Origin: Paramoeba atlantica | Lineage: Eukaryota; Protista; Discosea | Assembly (NCBI GenBank): GCA_977017575.1 | Contig: CDRNVI010000032.1 | Coordinates: 186,001 to 250,000, forward strand | Length of the DNA stretch: 64,000 nt | Direction: 5' to 3' | Part shown: positions 41,400-51,355 of the stretch, one piece after another | Layout: each line of letters opens with the position of its first letter | Numbering within the stretch: the stretch's first letter is position 1 | Program-made: the position numbers and the translations under genes | Notes under the pieces: generated by a model | What the model was told of the DNA's origin: nothing | The model's input: only the letters and a program-made list of their open reading frames with translations | The model's database searches: none

Positions 41400-41966
41400 T
41401 TACTCTTCCTCCTCCTCCTTTCTGCCACGACCCTTTGCAAGTTTCACCCGGCGGCACCGTGCGATCTTGCCACTCACCAGCGGACTCTGTGCCGCCAACG
41501 CAATGTGCTTCTCACTCGTCACCCGTACCATGAACGAGGGCACCGTCACAATCTGTTTCCCCACGGCAATATGTCGCTGGCGTACCATCACTCGGGCATG
41601 GTGAATCGACTTTGCGAGTCCGAGCTTAAACACAATCGTCTGCAGCCGGCGCTCAAGGATATCGGTGACGCCCAGGGAGAGCACGTAGTCGAGCTTGTGT
41701 TTGTCCGCAGAGAGCAGACCTGTTTCCTGACATCGTCGTAACAGGGCTGCGCCCTCGAGTTGTCGTCGCGGGTGGTCCTCGGGGAGGGTCAACAGAATAC
41801 GTGCGGTACGACGAAGCTTGGAAAGAAAAAGGTTGACACGCCAGATTTCTTTCTTACAACGCAGGCCGTACTCGCCGCAGAGTTTGAGTTCACGGTCGAG
41901 ACGTTCACGTTCGAACGGACGGCGGGGGTTCTTGCGGACCCGGTTGCAGTTGCGGTAGTTGCGCAT
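41400..41966 (-). CDS. RPS9: 40S ribosomal protein S9 (uS4)
   Basis: [65 protein letters not shown]. Confidence 0.98.
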   Translation of the reverse strand: MRNYRNCNRVRKNPRRPFERERLDRELKLCGEYGLRCKKEIWRVNLFLSKLRRTARILLTLPEDHPRRQLEGAALLRRCQETGLLSADKHKLDYVLSLGVTDILERRLQTIVFKLGLAKSIHHARVMVRQRHIAVGKQIVTVPSFMVRVTSEKHIALAAQSPLVSGKIARCRRVKLAKGRGRKEEEEE

Positions 41967-42588
41967 GGGTGGGAATACGGTTTAAAAATGGGGGAAAATA
42001 TAGTTTTAAGGAAAATAAAAATGTAGGAAGGGTTGAAATTCGATATTAATGGATGTGAAAATACATGATATGCGACGATTGGTCGAATAGAATTAAAGAA
42101 TTCTAAGACTCACGATTCTAGTCTCATGAATACGTGCAAATTTTATTAGTTAGTATTTACTAATCAAATTGGAGATGAATCAGTTGCAAGACTTACAACT
42201 TGTTGCACAAAGTGTTACAATTTGTTAATAAATGTATTTAATAAGAAGTGTAATTAAGTTTAAATACTACAAAAGGTGCACCTTTTCGGGCGTACTACGT
42301 TGTATGATCAACCGACGCATTTAAGCTTCTCAACTAAACAGGACAATAGCTTCTTACCACATGTATTTTTCTGTCGACGGGTTTCACTACATGATAAGAG
42401 ATTACATCATAAGGGTTGTATATCAATAGGTGTTTTCATAGCGAAGCAAGAAATAATTTCTTGAAAAATATAGAACTTGTTGCACTACGGCGTATGATAT
42501 TGTGTTGATACTACGAATATTTCTTGTATTCAAAAAAATATATTGCATACTGTACACGAACCAACCCGGTGTCTTCAAGATTACTTCT

Positions 42589-43434
42589 CTATAAGCCCAC
42601 AAACTTGGTCTTTTCTAGTGGCTTTCCCTTTTCCCATAATTTTTGACGATTTTCGGCCACGTTCAACACGCCGTTCGGATGGCCATTGAGAAGCTTCTGT
42701 ACGCGACTTAATGAAGGTGTATGTGCGTCATAACCGCAATCCTCTTTACATCCATTGAAGAGAGTTTCTAATATGTGACATTTACTACAGAAAGGACATT
42801 TTTTACTTCCATGTAGCTCAGATGAAGAAAATGTAGCATGATATTTAGAGACACATGGACACATGACCATAAAGGACCCAGATGGCTTTTTACTTGATTG
42901 CAGCGCTGCTTTGGGAGAAAGACCCGTCGAGCTGAATCGGGTCTCCTCACCGGGAAAACTTTTTGGTTTGCATGAGGTCTTCAGGGTTGTTTCTATAGCA
43001 GTTGATGATTTCATACTCTTAGTCTCATCGTATACGGGCTTCAAAGGTTGAGTAGGTGCAGAAGTTAATGTCGCACTACGTGACAACTTCGAATGAGCAA
43101 AGAAGGGAAGAGCCATGTGAGAAGGGGTGGTAAGTTGGGAGGCTGGTGGAATAGATTTCGCATTTTCCTTTTCACAAATTTTCGCATCGTTTTGTGTTTT
43201 TTCTAATTCATTGACCCGACTTGTAAGACTGTCTATTTTTTCCATAAGGGTAGAAGCCCATTGTGGAGGAGTTTCTGTACTCTCAGGTAATGTTTTCAAC
43301 ATTGATCGACACTCTTTGCTTTTAGGTGAAGCTACTTTTGAGTTCACCGACCTCTTTGCATTGCTCTGTATTTTCTTCAGTTTTCCTTTTTGAGAGACCT
43401 TCGGCTTCGATGTAATTGTGTGCTTTGGCGACAT
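42589..43434 (-). CDS. Hypothetical protein: basic N-terminus, short coiled coil, C-terminal Cys/His cluster
   Basis: WASTLMEKIDSLTSRVNELEK coil; CPC...H...CPFCSKCH...C...C...H. Confidence 0.65.
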   Translation of the reverse strand: MSPKHTITSKPKVSQKGKLKKIQSNAKRSVNSKVASPKSKECRSMLKTLPESTETPPQWASTLMEKIDSLTSRVNELEKTQNDAKICEKENAKSIPPASQLTTPSHMALPFFAHSKLSRSATLTSAPTQPLKPVYDETKSMKSSTAIETTLKTSCKPKSFPGEETRFSSTGLSPKAALQSSKKPSGSFMVMCPCVSKYHATFSSSELHGSKKCPFCSKCHILETLFNGCKEDCGYDAHTPSLSRVQKLLNGHPNGVLNVAENRQKLWEKGKPLEKTKFVGL

Positions 43435-43873
43435 AAGCTTATTTTAAAATTTATAAAAAAGAGAGTTTAGTTAACAGTATGAGTGCTAAATATGTTAATA
43501 CGTAAAGGTCATCCCACAATTTGTCCAAAAAGTGCCAAAATTTGCTACTTATAAAGCATGTAAATATTCTTACGAATACCATAAATAACTTTTGAGATCA
43601 GTATTTTACAAGTTCGTGTGGATCAGAAGAGTGAAAAAAGTATCATGTAAAAAATGCCATGTACACTGACGTAAGAAAGAAATCTATTTAACATATAGGA
43701 TCACTCGGAGTCATATGCCGAAAACGTGTGATAAATGTACACTGGACAATCTTATTCGATTGCGAAGATAATTTTTAGCAGATAGTTTCTCAAAAATTGT
43801 ACTTTGCAGAATGTAGAATTTTCTTTTTTTAATTGACAATTATACATATTTTTAAAACCCTAAAAGACTTGCT

Positions 43874-44371
43874 TCATGATGGTATATAGAATTTCTTACT
43901 TCCTGCAGAAGTCAGGCAGCCAACATGTGCGGCACTAATCTTCGTGTATTGCCATACATGAGAGCGGTGATCCCAAGGCGAATTGTTAATGGCCTCCTCC
44001 CACTCCTTGTTCATAAATTTTCGCCATGTCGGTGAGGTTGCTGGTACCCAGCGGTTGTAGTAATACCATATGAGACCCATGTTAACGACGGTTTGCACCA
44101 TCATGACAAGCAGACAATTCATCCACATGTGCCTGTGAAATTTCACGCCGTCTCCGAGGAACTTTTTGGAATACTTCATATTTTTCACTGTATCCACGTG
44201 ATCACGGAAGGCTTGGGGGTTCTTGAACATGGCCATTGTCTCCGGGTGATAATACGTCTCTTGGTGCAATCGCCAGAGAGGAACAAATCGAAAATCACGC
44301 CAAGCCGGAGTGCGTGCACGAAGTTCAGCGATCGTGGTCGCAGGATGCCACGTCCCGAAAGGCCGGGGCAT
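43874..44371 (-). CDS. COXVII: Kinetoplastid-specific cytochrome c oxidase subunit VII
   Basis: The N-terminus MPRPFGTWHPATTIAELRART closely matches my recollection of trypanosomatid COX VII (MPRPFGVWAPATTLAEYRARI). It has a single TM segment, a size of about 165 aa and a KFYIP C-terminus. Confidence 0.8.
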   Translation of the reverse strand: MPRPFGTWHPATTIAELRARTPAWRDFRFVPLWRLHQETYYHPETMAMFKNPQAFRDHVDTVKNMKYSKKFLGDGVKFHRHMWMNCLLVMMVQTVVNMGLIWYYYNRWVPATSPTWRKFMNKEWEEAINNSPWDHRSHVWQYTKISAAHVGCLTSAGSKKFYIPS

Positions 44372-44533
44372 TCGCAATAATAATAAAACGAAAAAACAAA
44401 TGTAGCACCTATGCGACTTTATGTATCTTCACTCATAAAATTGAAGTTGCTATCAGATGTATACATGTGTATGGTACACGCGTATGACACAAATAATTCC
44501 CACTTCTTTCGTTGAAAAAGAAATTCACCAAAA

Positions 44534-45676
44534 TTACTTCTTTTTAAACAAATTTCGAATTCGTTTGGGCAAAGCTTTACTTTTTTGAGGATCCGTAGTG
44601 AAACCTTGCCACGGTTTCTGATCTATGGTTGAATCCGTATAAAATTTATTTCGTTTATTTTTTTCGTTTCCTAGAATGATTTTGTTCGACACGTTCGTTT
44701 TTGTTTCCTTCGAAGATCTTTTTTGCATTTTACGTGTTTTCATAATGCGCAGTTCACGTCCATTCAGTTCCACCCCGGTCAATTTCAGAGCTTGTTTCGC
44801 ACTGTCGGCCCCTCGAAAGGCCACAAACCCAAAACCCTGGCCTAGTCCCGTGTTGGAATCGCGCACAAGTCGTACATGATGTATGTCAGCGAGCCCTTGC
44901 GCCGCGAAGCAGTCGATTACGTTCTGTTCCGATGCTCTTCGCGGTAAATTTCCGACGAATATGCTCGAGTCGGATTCGAAAGCCTGCGGAGAACTACTGC
45001 AGGAATCTACGTGCAAAAGATTTCCGCCGGCAATAATCTGACCTTGAAGTTCGAGAGAGCGAACCACGGCGTCGGGATGAGAGAAGCACACGTAGGCAAA
45101 AATCGTTCCTGTTGGATTGTGGCGCAGAGCCGTCGCATCCCTAGAGTGAGTTCGTCGGGAATAAGCAGACTTGGCAAATGAACGCAGTCGAATAGAACGT
45201 ATTTCGCCACAGAAGCGAAAGAGCCGTTGGAGAGATCTTTTCGTCGTGTTGGCAGGGAGATTGGAAACGAACGTGGTACATGAGGGATCGTCATAATGTG
45301 GAGTATCTTTGTTTTCCGGAGGCACTTCGGAGTGCGATTCTTGTAAAATCTTGTCTTGAGACAATTTCTTTGAAGCCTTGCCCATAGATTTGCGATCGGT
45401 GCATTTATCCGCAGGCGTGTCTGACGGTATATTCTTTGCAGTCTTATCGGATTTTCGAAAAACTCTTGACTCCGAGACATCCTTATTTATTCTTTCCTCT
45501 TTTTTTACCCCTTTTTCAGAACCATTTAGAGGCAAATCTGGTAAAACGTATCCCTGCGAAGTGAAGAACGACGTAGTAAGATCATTTTGATTTCCGAACA
45601 AAGTATCGGCTAGACTTGAAGGAAGCGTTGAAGAGATCGGCTTTATTTTACGTTTTCGTTTGTGAGATTCTACCAT
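44534..45676 (-). CDS. Nucleolar two-RRM protein RBM34/Nop12-like
   Basis: RRM1 TTFVSNLP..FRFCGEIRSIRLRS..AYVCF; RRM2 SIFVGNLP..VRLVRDSNTGLGQGFGFVAF; Lys-rich termini. Confidence 0.8.
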   Translation of the reverse strand: MVESHKRKRKIKPISSTLPSSLADTLFGNQNDLTTSFFTSQGYVLPDLPLNGSEKGVKKEERINKDVSESRVFRKSDKTAKNIPSDTPADKCTDRKSMGKASKKLSQDKILQESHSEVPPENKDTPHYDDPSCTTFVSNLPANTTKRSLQRLFRFCGEIRSIRLRSFAKSAYSRRTHSRDATALRHNPTGTIFAYVCFSHPDAVVRSLELQGQIIAGGNLLHVDSCSSSPQAFESDSSIFVGNLPRRASEQNVIDCFAAQGLADIHHVRLVRDSNTGLGQGFGFVAFRGADSAKQALKLTGVELNGRELRIMKTRKMQKRSSKETKTNVSNKIILGNEKNKRNKFYTDSTIDQKPWQGFTTDPQKSKALPKRIRNLFKKK

Positions 45677-45851
45677 GTCAAACGTAGAGGGAAGTGTAAT
45701 AGAAAAGAAGTATTCGTATATCGAAAGATTAAGAAACTACATGCCAAGACGCTATCTCTTTAACTTGAATAAGCAAATATTTGCATACCACATTTGGTTG
45801 TGCAAGTGTATTTGTGTTCTCCATCAAATCAAATGTGTAATACAATTCATA

Positions 45852-45916
45852 CAGGTACATACCGCCCCTAACCACATCGCCCCCCAACCCCGTACCCTGC
45901 GGCGGTACCAGTCCTG
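45852..45916. mobile_element. Possible 65-bp mini-MITE
   Basis: TA|CAGG...TACCGCC ... GGCGGTA...CCTG|TA. Confidence 0.3.
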
Positions 45917-46050
45917 TACCGCCCCTTGTACGATCTGGGCATTTCCTTTCTGAATGGCCACACATATTGCCATCAGAAGGGGTGACAGACATCCGTTCTT
46001 GTCGGATGTGTGCGCGGATTTGTGTTGTTCTGCAGCGCAAAATATCAAGA

Positions 46051-46776
46051 CTAAAACAGTATCGGAGGATAATCACCCACGGAAACCTGGTTCAAACGAG
46101 CAAAGCATCCATAGTTCTTACCACACACAAAGTATCGATACCCCTTGAGTTCACCATCATTTTTTCCCAAGGGTTCGTCGAGCTCCACACCTACCCACTT
46201 ACTATCAGTGTCAAGATGACGAAGAGGTCCAATGTATCGAACACTACCTAAACGATCTCCGGGAGAAACACAACAGCGATTTCCAAGAACAACAGAGCTT
46301 ACCTCACTAGTGTCAGAATTTTGTTCAAGAGATTCGGAATCTCTTGCATCGACTGAGCCTATATTTCGTCTTAGTGAATGCATTTCGGCCATCCGCGATT
46401 CCTTGTATCGACGCATGCTATTTGGACGCAGATTATAGCTCTCTTCGTCCATAGTATATTTTTCTACTAAAGATACATCAGTTAGCTCAGATACTCTGGC
46501 CTGTGCATTTTTTAGGTTATCTTGATCAATCACATGAATAGAATGTCCTTCATGTAGAGAAAAATCCCTGAAGCGAGTACCTGGAACATCCCCAAGTCTA
46601 TCACAGAGCACTTCACCTCTTTCGTTATGAAGCTGTAATCGCATGGATAACACAGGCGTGCCAAAAAATCCGTGACACATATTCTGTAGCTCGCATAATG
46701 TAATTAGCCATGAGACACGCTTTTCTCTTACACACCCTGGGTGAACGTTATGCGTAAAATCCACTTTGACGTACAT
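46051..46776 (-). CDS. TBCB: Tubulin-folding cofactor B
   Basis: Ubl domain (GTPVLSMRLQL, IHVID), VEKYTMDEESY..R.NSMRRYK, and CAP-Gly GSVRYIG..WVGVELDEPLGKNDG..G.RYF.C..NYG.F. Confidence 0.93.
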   Translation of the reverse strand: MYVKVDFTHNVHPGCVREKRVSWLITLCELQNMCHGFFGTPVLSMRLQLHNERGEVLCDRLGDVPGTRFRDFSLHEGHSIHVIDQDNLKNAQARVSELTDVSLVEKYTMDEESYNLRPNSMRRYKESRMAEMHSLRRNIGSVDARDSESLEQNSDTSEVSSVVLGNRCCVSPGDRLGSVRYIGPLRHLDTDSKWVGVELDEPLGKNDGELKGYRYFVCGKNYGCFARLNQVSVGDYPPILF

Positions 46777-47058
46777 TTGAAGAACGTAAAGGCAAATGTA
46801 ATATAATAGCAAGAATACAAAGCACTCCGATATTGCGACTGGACTACATTATCGTATCTTCAAGTGTTGAAGATGTAAATATCAATGATATGTATGATAA
46901 TCATACATAATAAGATACAGAGAGTAGCTCATCCTCTAAATCAAAAATAATCTTACATCAATAGTCAGCATTAAGTGTGAAAGCACACTTACTACACATC
47001 GTATCTGTGTTGTTCTTACTTTTCGGAATTGACAAGATCGTTTTGAGACATCCTTAAT

Positions 47059-47805
47059 TTATCTCAGGCTAAGCTTTGCGAGTGGATCTAAGAGTTGCTG
47101 TGTGGAAAGGGATGTATCGAGATTTAAAACTTTATTGGCGCATTGAAAGAATTCTGGAGGAGACACGAATACGTTAAAATCAAGAAGAGTGACAAATAAT
47201 GCCTCAAGTTCGTTAAGTTGTTCATTGCTTATGCCCCCAACTCCAGCAAAATTCTTGTTGTTAAGTGTGCGCAGATCATTTACTTTAGACGCTATTCGAA
47301 CCGCAATAAAGAAAAGTTTGTAAACATTCATGACACTTAAACAGGCTTGCTGAGAATCGAGTATTCGATTCACATAGATTAATGCAATCAACAGTGTAGA
47401 AGGAGAAGTATAAGTGTATTCCGCAATGCGCCACACGTATTGAGAAAGCTTTATTTGTGGCGTGACGGAGGTTTCAAAGGGTTTCAGGGAAGCTCTTGAT
47501 TCGGAGGTATCGGTTCCAGAAACGTGAGCCGAGGACTTGTGGGCTTGAAGCGTATCATAAAGCGCTTCCGTAATAGACGGTACAAGTTGCTCAAATTCAG
47601 GTAAATGCTTTCTTTGAAGAATTTCAATCTCACCTAGTTGCCTCCCTGACTGGCTGCGCACATTTGTCTCTCGTTCGTATGGAGAATGAAGAAAGAGCTC
47701 TCGTTTCGCGCGAGCATCTTCAAGAACTGGGGTAGGTACAGGAGAGTGAAGAGCTGCTTCTGGCGGCTTTAGAAAATCCAAAACACTAAAGGATGGAGAT
47801 GTCAT
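47059..47805 (-). CDS. PHO80/U-type cyclin (CYC2-like)
   Basis: PQIKLSQYVWRIAEY, LLIALIYVNRI, NVYKLFFIAVRIASKV, NKNFAGVGGIS..QLNELE..F..LLDFNVFVS. Confidence 0.9.
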   Translation of the reverse strand: MTSPSFSVLDFLKPPEAALHSPVPTPVLEDARAKRELFLHSPYERETNVRSQSGRQLGEIEILQRKHLPEFEQLVPSITEALYDTLQAHKSSAHVSGTDTSESRASLKPFETSVTPQIKLSQYVWRIAEYTYTSPSTLLIALIYVNRILDSQQACLSVMNVYKLFFIAVRIASKVNDLRTLNNKNFAGVGGISNEQLNELEALFVTLLDFNVFVSPPEFFQCANKVLNLDTSLSTQQLLDPLAKLSLR

Positions 47806-48111
47806 ATTATTCCAACGACAGCTCTTTTTTTAATCTAGCAGCGAATCTCCTCCGTGGGTGCATATCGAAAAAATATACGCCTATAAAATGCGGTGTTAAA
47901 AATAATATAGTACTGCCAAAGGTTCGAGAGTAGCGATACATGTACATCAATATAAGCTTGGCCATAATTAGGCCAATATAATTAGGCCAATTGCTAGCGT
48001 ACACGTCTGTAGCACACGAGTACTTTGTCGAGTGTAAGTTGCGTTTGTGCATAGATGAACCATCAGACGCAGCTTTCAGCGGATCTTGGATACCGTTACG
48101 TGCAAACCACG

Positions 48112-49053
48112 CTAAGTACTAGAGATATCGTCTGGTTTCATTATATACCCATACATTGAATGTAATCGCAATGTATGAAGCAATCCTTCCCTTACTTCTC
48201 TTTGTTTAGATATAAGTTTAGGATTCATCCACTCGTGATTTATTCTAGCAAGATAAGGAATGTCGGTATCCGTCAAGAGCTCTAATGAAAGGAATCCGAC
48301 TAACATGTAAGATTCCTTTACTTTACTCGAGCTCTGAGGTAATAGTGAATGTTCACTAACCTTTGATAATGTAGAATTTAGAAAAGTGCCTAAATCTTTG
48401 TCCTTATTAGACGTCGTTGAGCCATTAGATAATTTCATGCATAGAGCAATGCGGTGAGATGTGGACGAAAGCTCGCCGGTACCATTTTTAGTTTCCTTGT
48501 TTCTCGAGCGCTTGCCTTTTATCGCTAAAATTAGTTCTGAGTTTCTTTCTTTTAAACCAGAGCCACTACACCCAGCGAATACGATTTCACAAATCTGTCT
48601 TACAGACAAAGACGTGTAATAGGAAGGGGAGACGTATCCGAATACCAACGCAGGTGCGATTTCCAGAGGTGCCAATGTACAGATTTTTCTTATTCGAGCT
48701 GCAGGAAACTGATCTACAGTGTTACACAATTTTCGATGTAAAGCGTCGTCTTCCTTGTCTCCTGCGGTGTACACCATACCACACGTATTGCAGGTCGAAA
48801 CACCCAAGTTACTTTGACCAACATCCAAACACATTTGTCTTAGTTTACTATTGGTTTCTCTGTGAGTGTAAGATTTAGGCTTCGACAATGTCTTCTGTTC
48901 ATTGATCGTAAGACCTTGATCGACGCAATGTGCTTCAGAAGATCGTTCCGTGCATTCGGTCAATGCGCTACATGTAAATTTTCTCTCATGATCAGTGATT
49001 GGAGTAGGCAATTGTGTGGTGGTGCGTATCCCGAAGTCAAAGAGAGTTTTCAT
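48112..49053 (-). CDS. Eco1/ESCO-like protein (zinc finger intact, acetyltransferase divergent)
   Basis: RQMCLDVGQSNLG..TCNTCGMVYT..DKEDDALH is the Eco1 PIP-box plus C2H2 finger. The C-terminus only loosely resembles the GNAT domain. Confidence 0.72.
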   Translation of the reverse strand: MKTLFDFGIRTTTQLPTPITDHERKFTCSALTECTERSSEAHCVDQGLTINEQKTLSKPKSYTHRETNSKLRQMCLDVGQSNLGVSTCNTCGMVYTAGDKEDDALHRKLCNTVDQFPAARIRKICTLAPLEIAPALVFGYVSPSYYTSLSVRQICEIVFAGCSGSGLKERNSELILAIKGKRSRNKETKNGTGELSSTSHRIALCMKLSNGSTTSNKDKDLGTFLNSTLSKVSEHSLLPQSSSKVKESYMLVGFLSLELLTDTDIPYLARINHEWMNPKLISKQREVREGLLHTLRLHSMYGYIMKPDDISST

Positions 49054-49186
49054 ATGAATAATAAAAGATGAGCATACTTATAAAACCGAACACATACATC
49101 GAATACTTACCACTTGTAGAACTCGTCTAATAAACGTAGAAGTAGGATGATATTAAGAATTGTGATAACTAGTGATAGGGGAGTTT

Positions 49187-49822
49187 TTACACAATTCCTT
49201 CCATTTTTAATGATTCCTTGTAGCGCGTAAGGGATGAAATATGGTCAGCACGATGAACTAAGTCAAGCTGGATTTGTCTTAGAGATTTATTGATCTCACT
49301 AGTTCGTGCAGGAAACTGAATACCATTTATGGCTGTAGGAATATCTATGCACGAAACCTTTGGAAGGGTAGTGATTTTTGCGAATTCATTAGAAAGGTTT
49401 TGACCTTCTGTATCAATCGCATTTCGATTTTTTTGAAAGCCCGAAAGAGAAGTGCGAACATGATTTACACGGGAGGATTCTGACTGATCACTATTCATAC
49501 ACAAACTATTTCTCACAGGAATCTGTGAGCAATATGAATACGAATAATTGCACAAATTCCCCTGTATGCTACGTCTTATCCGGCGATGATATGGCGGAAA
49601 AGCATTAGACTTGCGCACAAAGTCGCATACACGCACGCAATCTGTGCCATTCGACAGATGTCCCACATTTGAGATAAAACCAACACCTTTTATTGAACTC
49701 CGTGTAGTTGAGGAAGAAGCCGCTGCTGTTATTTGTTTTTGTGCATCAAACTTGCATACATCTCCAAGTTTGATTTCAGAACCCTTTCCAGTTTTCGCTT
49801 GCTTACGAGGCCTACCAGACAT
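49187..49822 (-). CDS. Hypothetical protein
   Basis: ORF on the cluster strand. The track start is TTG; the ATG at 49822 gives MSGRPRKQAK (NLS/AT-hook-like). Confidence 0.5.
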   Translation of the reverse strand: MSGRPRKQAKTGKGSEIKLGDVCKFDAQKQITAAASSSTTRSSIKGVGFISNVGHLSNGTDCVRVCDFVRKSNAFPPYHRRIRRSIQGNLCNYSYSYCSQIPVRNSLCMNSDQSESSRVNHVRTSLSGFQKNRNAIDTEGQNLSNEFAKITTLPKVSCIDIPTAINGIQFPARTSEINKSLRQIQLDLVHRADHISSLTRYKESLKMEGIV

Positions 49823-50116
49823 CCACAATAAAGACCTTCTATGGAAAAGTATGATGTGTCGAAAGCATTCGTATAGTATGGAATCGTCTCCCCTTGCATT
49901 GTCCTGTTTTGGTAAAAACAACGCTGATGATAATCAACGTTGATAATAAACAACGCTGATAATAAACAATATACAATGTACAATGAGTCAAAAAATTGTG
50001 TCGCTCCGCAGCAGGATTCACTTCCCTAAAACGACGACATAACCTTGACTCTGCTGTGACAATGCTAGGATAGAGAGACCACCAATGGAGGGCGGCGGGC
50101 ATAAGATCGTAAGTTT

Positions 50117-50803
50117 TTACGTACTAGGATCAGCCTGATTCCTTTTCACCAAATCAAAAGCATTTACATGATACTTTACAAGTTTTACATTGTGTGGAAG
50201 CTTTTCCAGGTCTAGTACACCTTCAAGGTCATTTTTGTGGATAAGTAGAACAGAAAGACTGCCTGGTAAATGATTAAAGGAGATGCTCCCAGAAAAATGA
50301 TTATGATCCAGACAGAGGTGCTTGAGGCCATGTGGCAGACAAGTGAGGTCGAGTGAACCACCGAAGTTATTGCGCGTCAAAATCAATGAACTAAGCGCCC
50401 CATGGTACCGCAGCTCAGAAAGTGATAGTGACCCACAGAATTCATTAAAATCTAGGCGAATCTTTTTGCAAGTGAGCGGCAGAGAGGCAAGCGATATTTC
50501 CCCTTGTAATCGATTGACAGCAAGAACCAAATCTTGTACTCTAAAAGGAAGATGATTCCAAGACAGAGAACCCGAAATTCCTTTTTGAAACTGATCTATA
50601 GAAATCACGTATCCCGTTTCACCACACTGAATGCCTTCCCATTTTGAAGCAGGGATTTCATCCTTCCATGATAAACTCGAATATGATGTGTTGCGGAAAA
50701 AGCGCCTAAGAGTTACTTCTGGAGGAAGAATGCAGCTACGAACGCGATATGGATGATGATGAATGTCCACATTCAAGAACAAAGAAATACGCGGCAGATT
50801 CAT
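50117..50803 (-). CDS. Leucine-rich repeat protein, paralogue of 18175-19005
   Basis: W......SKWEGIQC cap plus LP..V..L.L..N...G.I.L..LP repeats; same N-terminal RV....LP.E..L.RF motif. Confidence 0.88.
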   Translation of the reverse strand: MNLPRISLFLNVDIHHHPYRVRSCILPPEVTLRRFFRNTSYSSLSWKDEIPASKWEGIQCGETGYVISIDQFQKGISGSLSWNHLPFRVQDLVLAVNRLQGEISLASLPLTCKKIRLDFNEFCGSLSLSELRYHGALSSLILTRNNFGGSLDLTCLPHGLKHLCLDHNHFSGSISFNHLPGSLSVLLIHKNDLEGVLDLEKLPHNVKLVKYHVNAFDLVKRNQADPST

Positions 50804-51355
50804 TGATTTATTTGCTGCCTAATACTGTACTGTAGATGTTTCGAATAAATAAATACCAATTAAATGGGAATGCAAATTTCTGATTCAAAAACTTAATTTT
50901 GAAATGTAATATAGAATTTTAAGAATGTAGTATCACATAATAATAATTGCCACTATCGATTTCTATTCAGTTCTATTCACAAGTCTTAGTATTATTTATA
51001 TCTCATAACCATATTTGCATAAATAAAAACATTTATGATCCGGATCATCTTATGAAATAGCCAAACTTACGACTGGGGATTACGTTCGCCTTTCCATGTC
51101 CCATTCAAAAATTATAGTCGCGGATAAACCAAACAAGAAATACATGTATAATGTACTACACATTAAGAATGAGTTTCATCTTATTCGTAATTACAACTAA
51201 AACTATATACACAATTCGACTTTTATATACACAATTCGAATTACTAACGTAAAGTTTACGAATTTATGATCTGGTGCCCACAGCCTAATGGAATCTCGGT
51301 GATTTAGGTTGAGGATGTATATCATGAAAAACTTTTAACGGATTGAAAAAAACAA

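Noticed and set aside
43271-43290. GTTTCTGTAC matching part of the kinetoplastid spliced-leader exon
   Set aside because: Only about 10 nt, lies antisense within a coding region, and has no SL repeat or Sm site context.
50800-51350. A fifth skew island predicted by strict 14.5-kb periodicity
   Set aside because: This region is AT-rich with no C or G runs, so strict periodicity is not supported.
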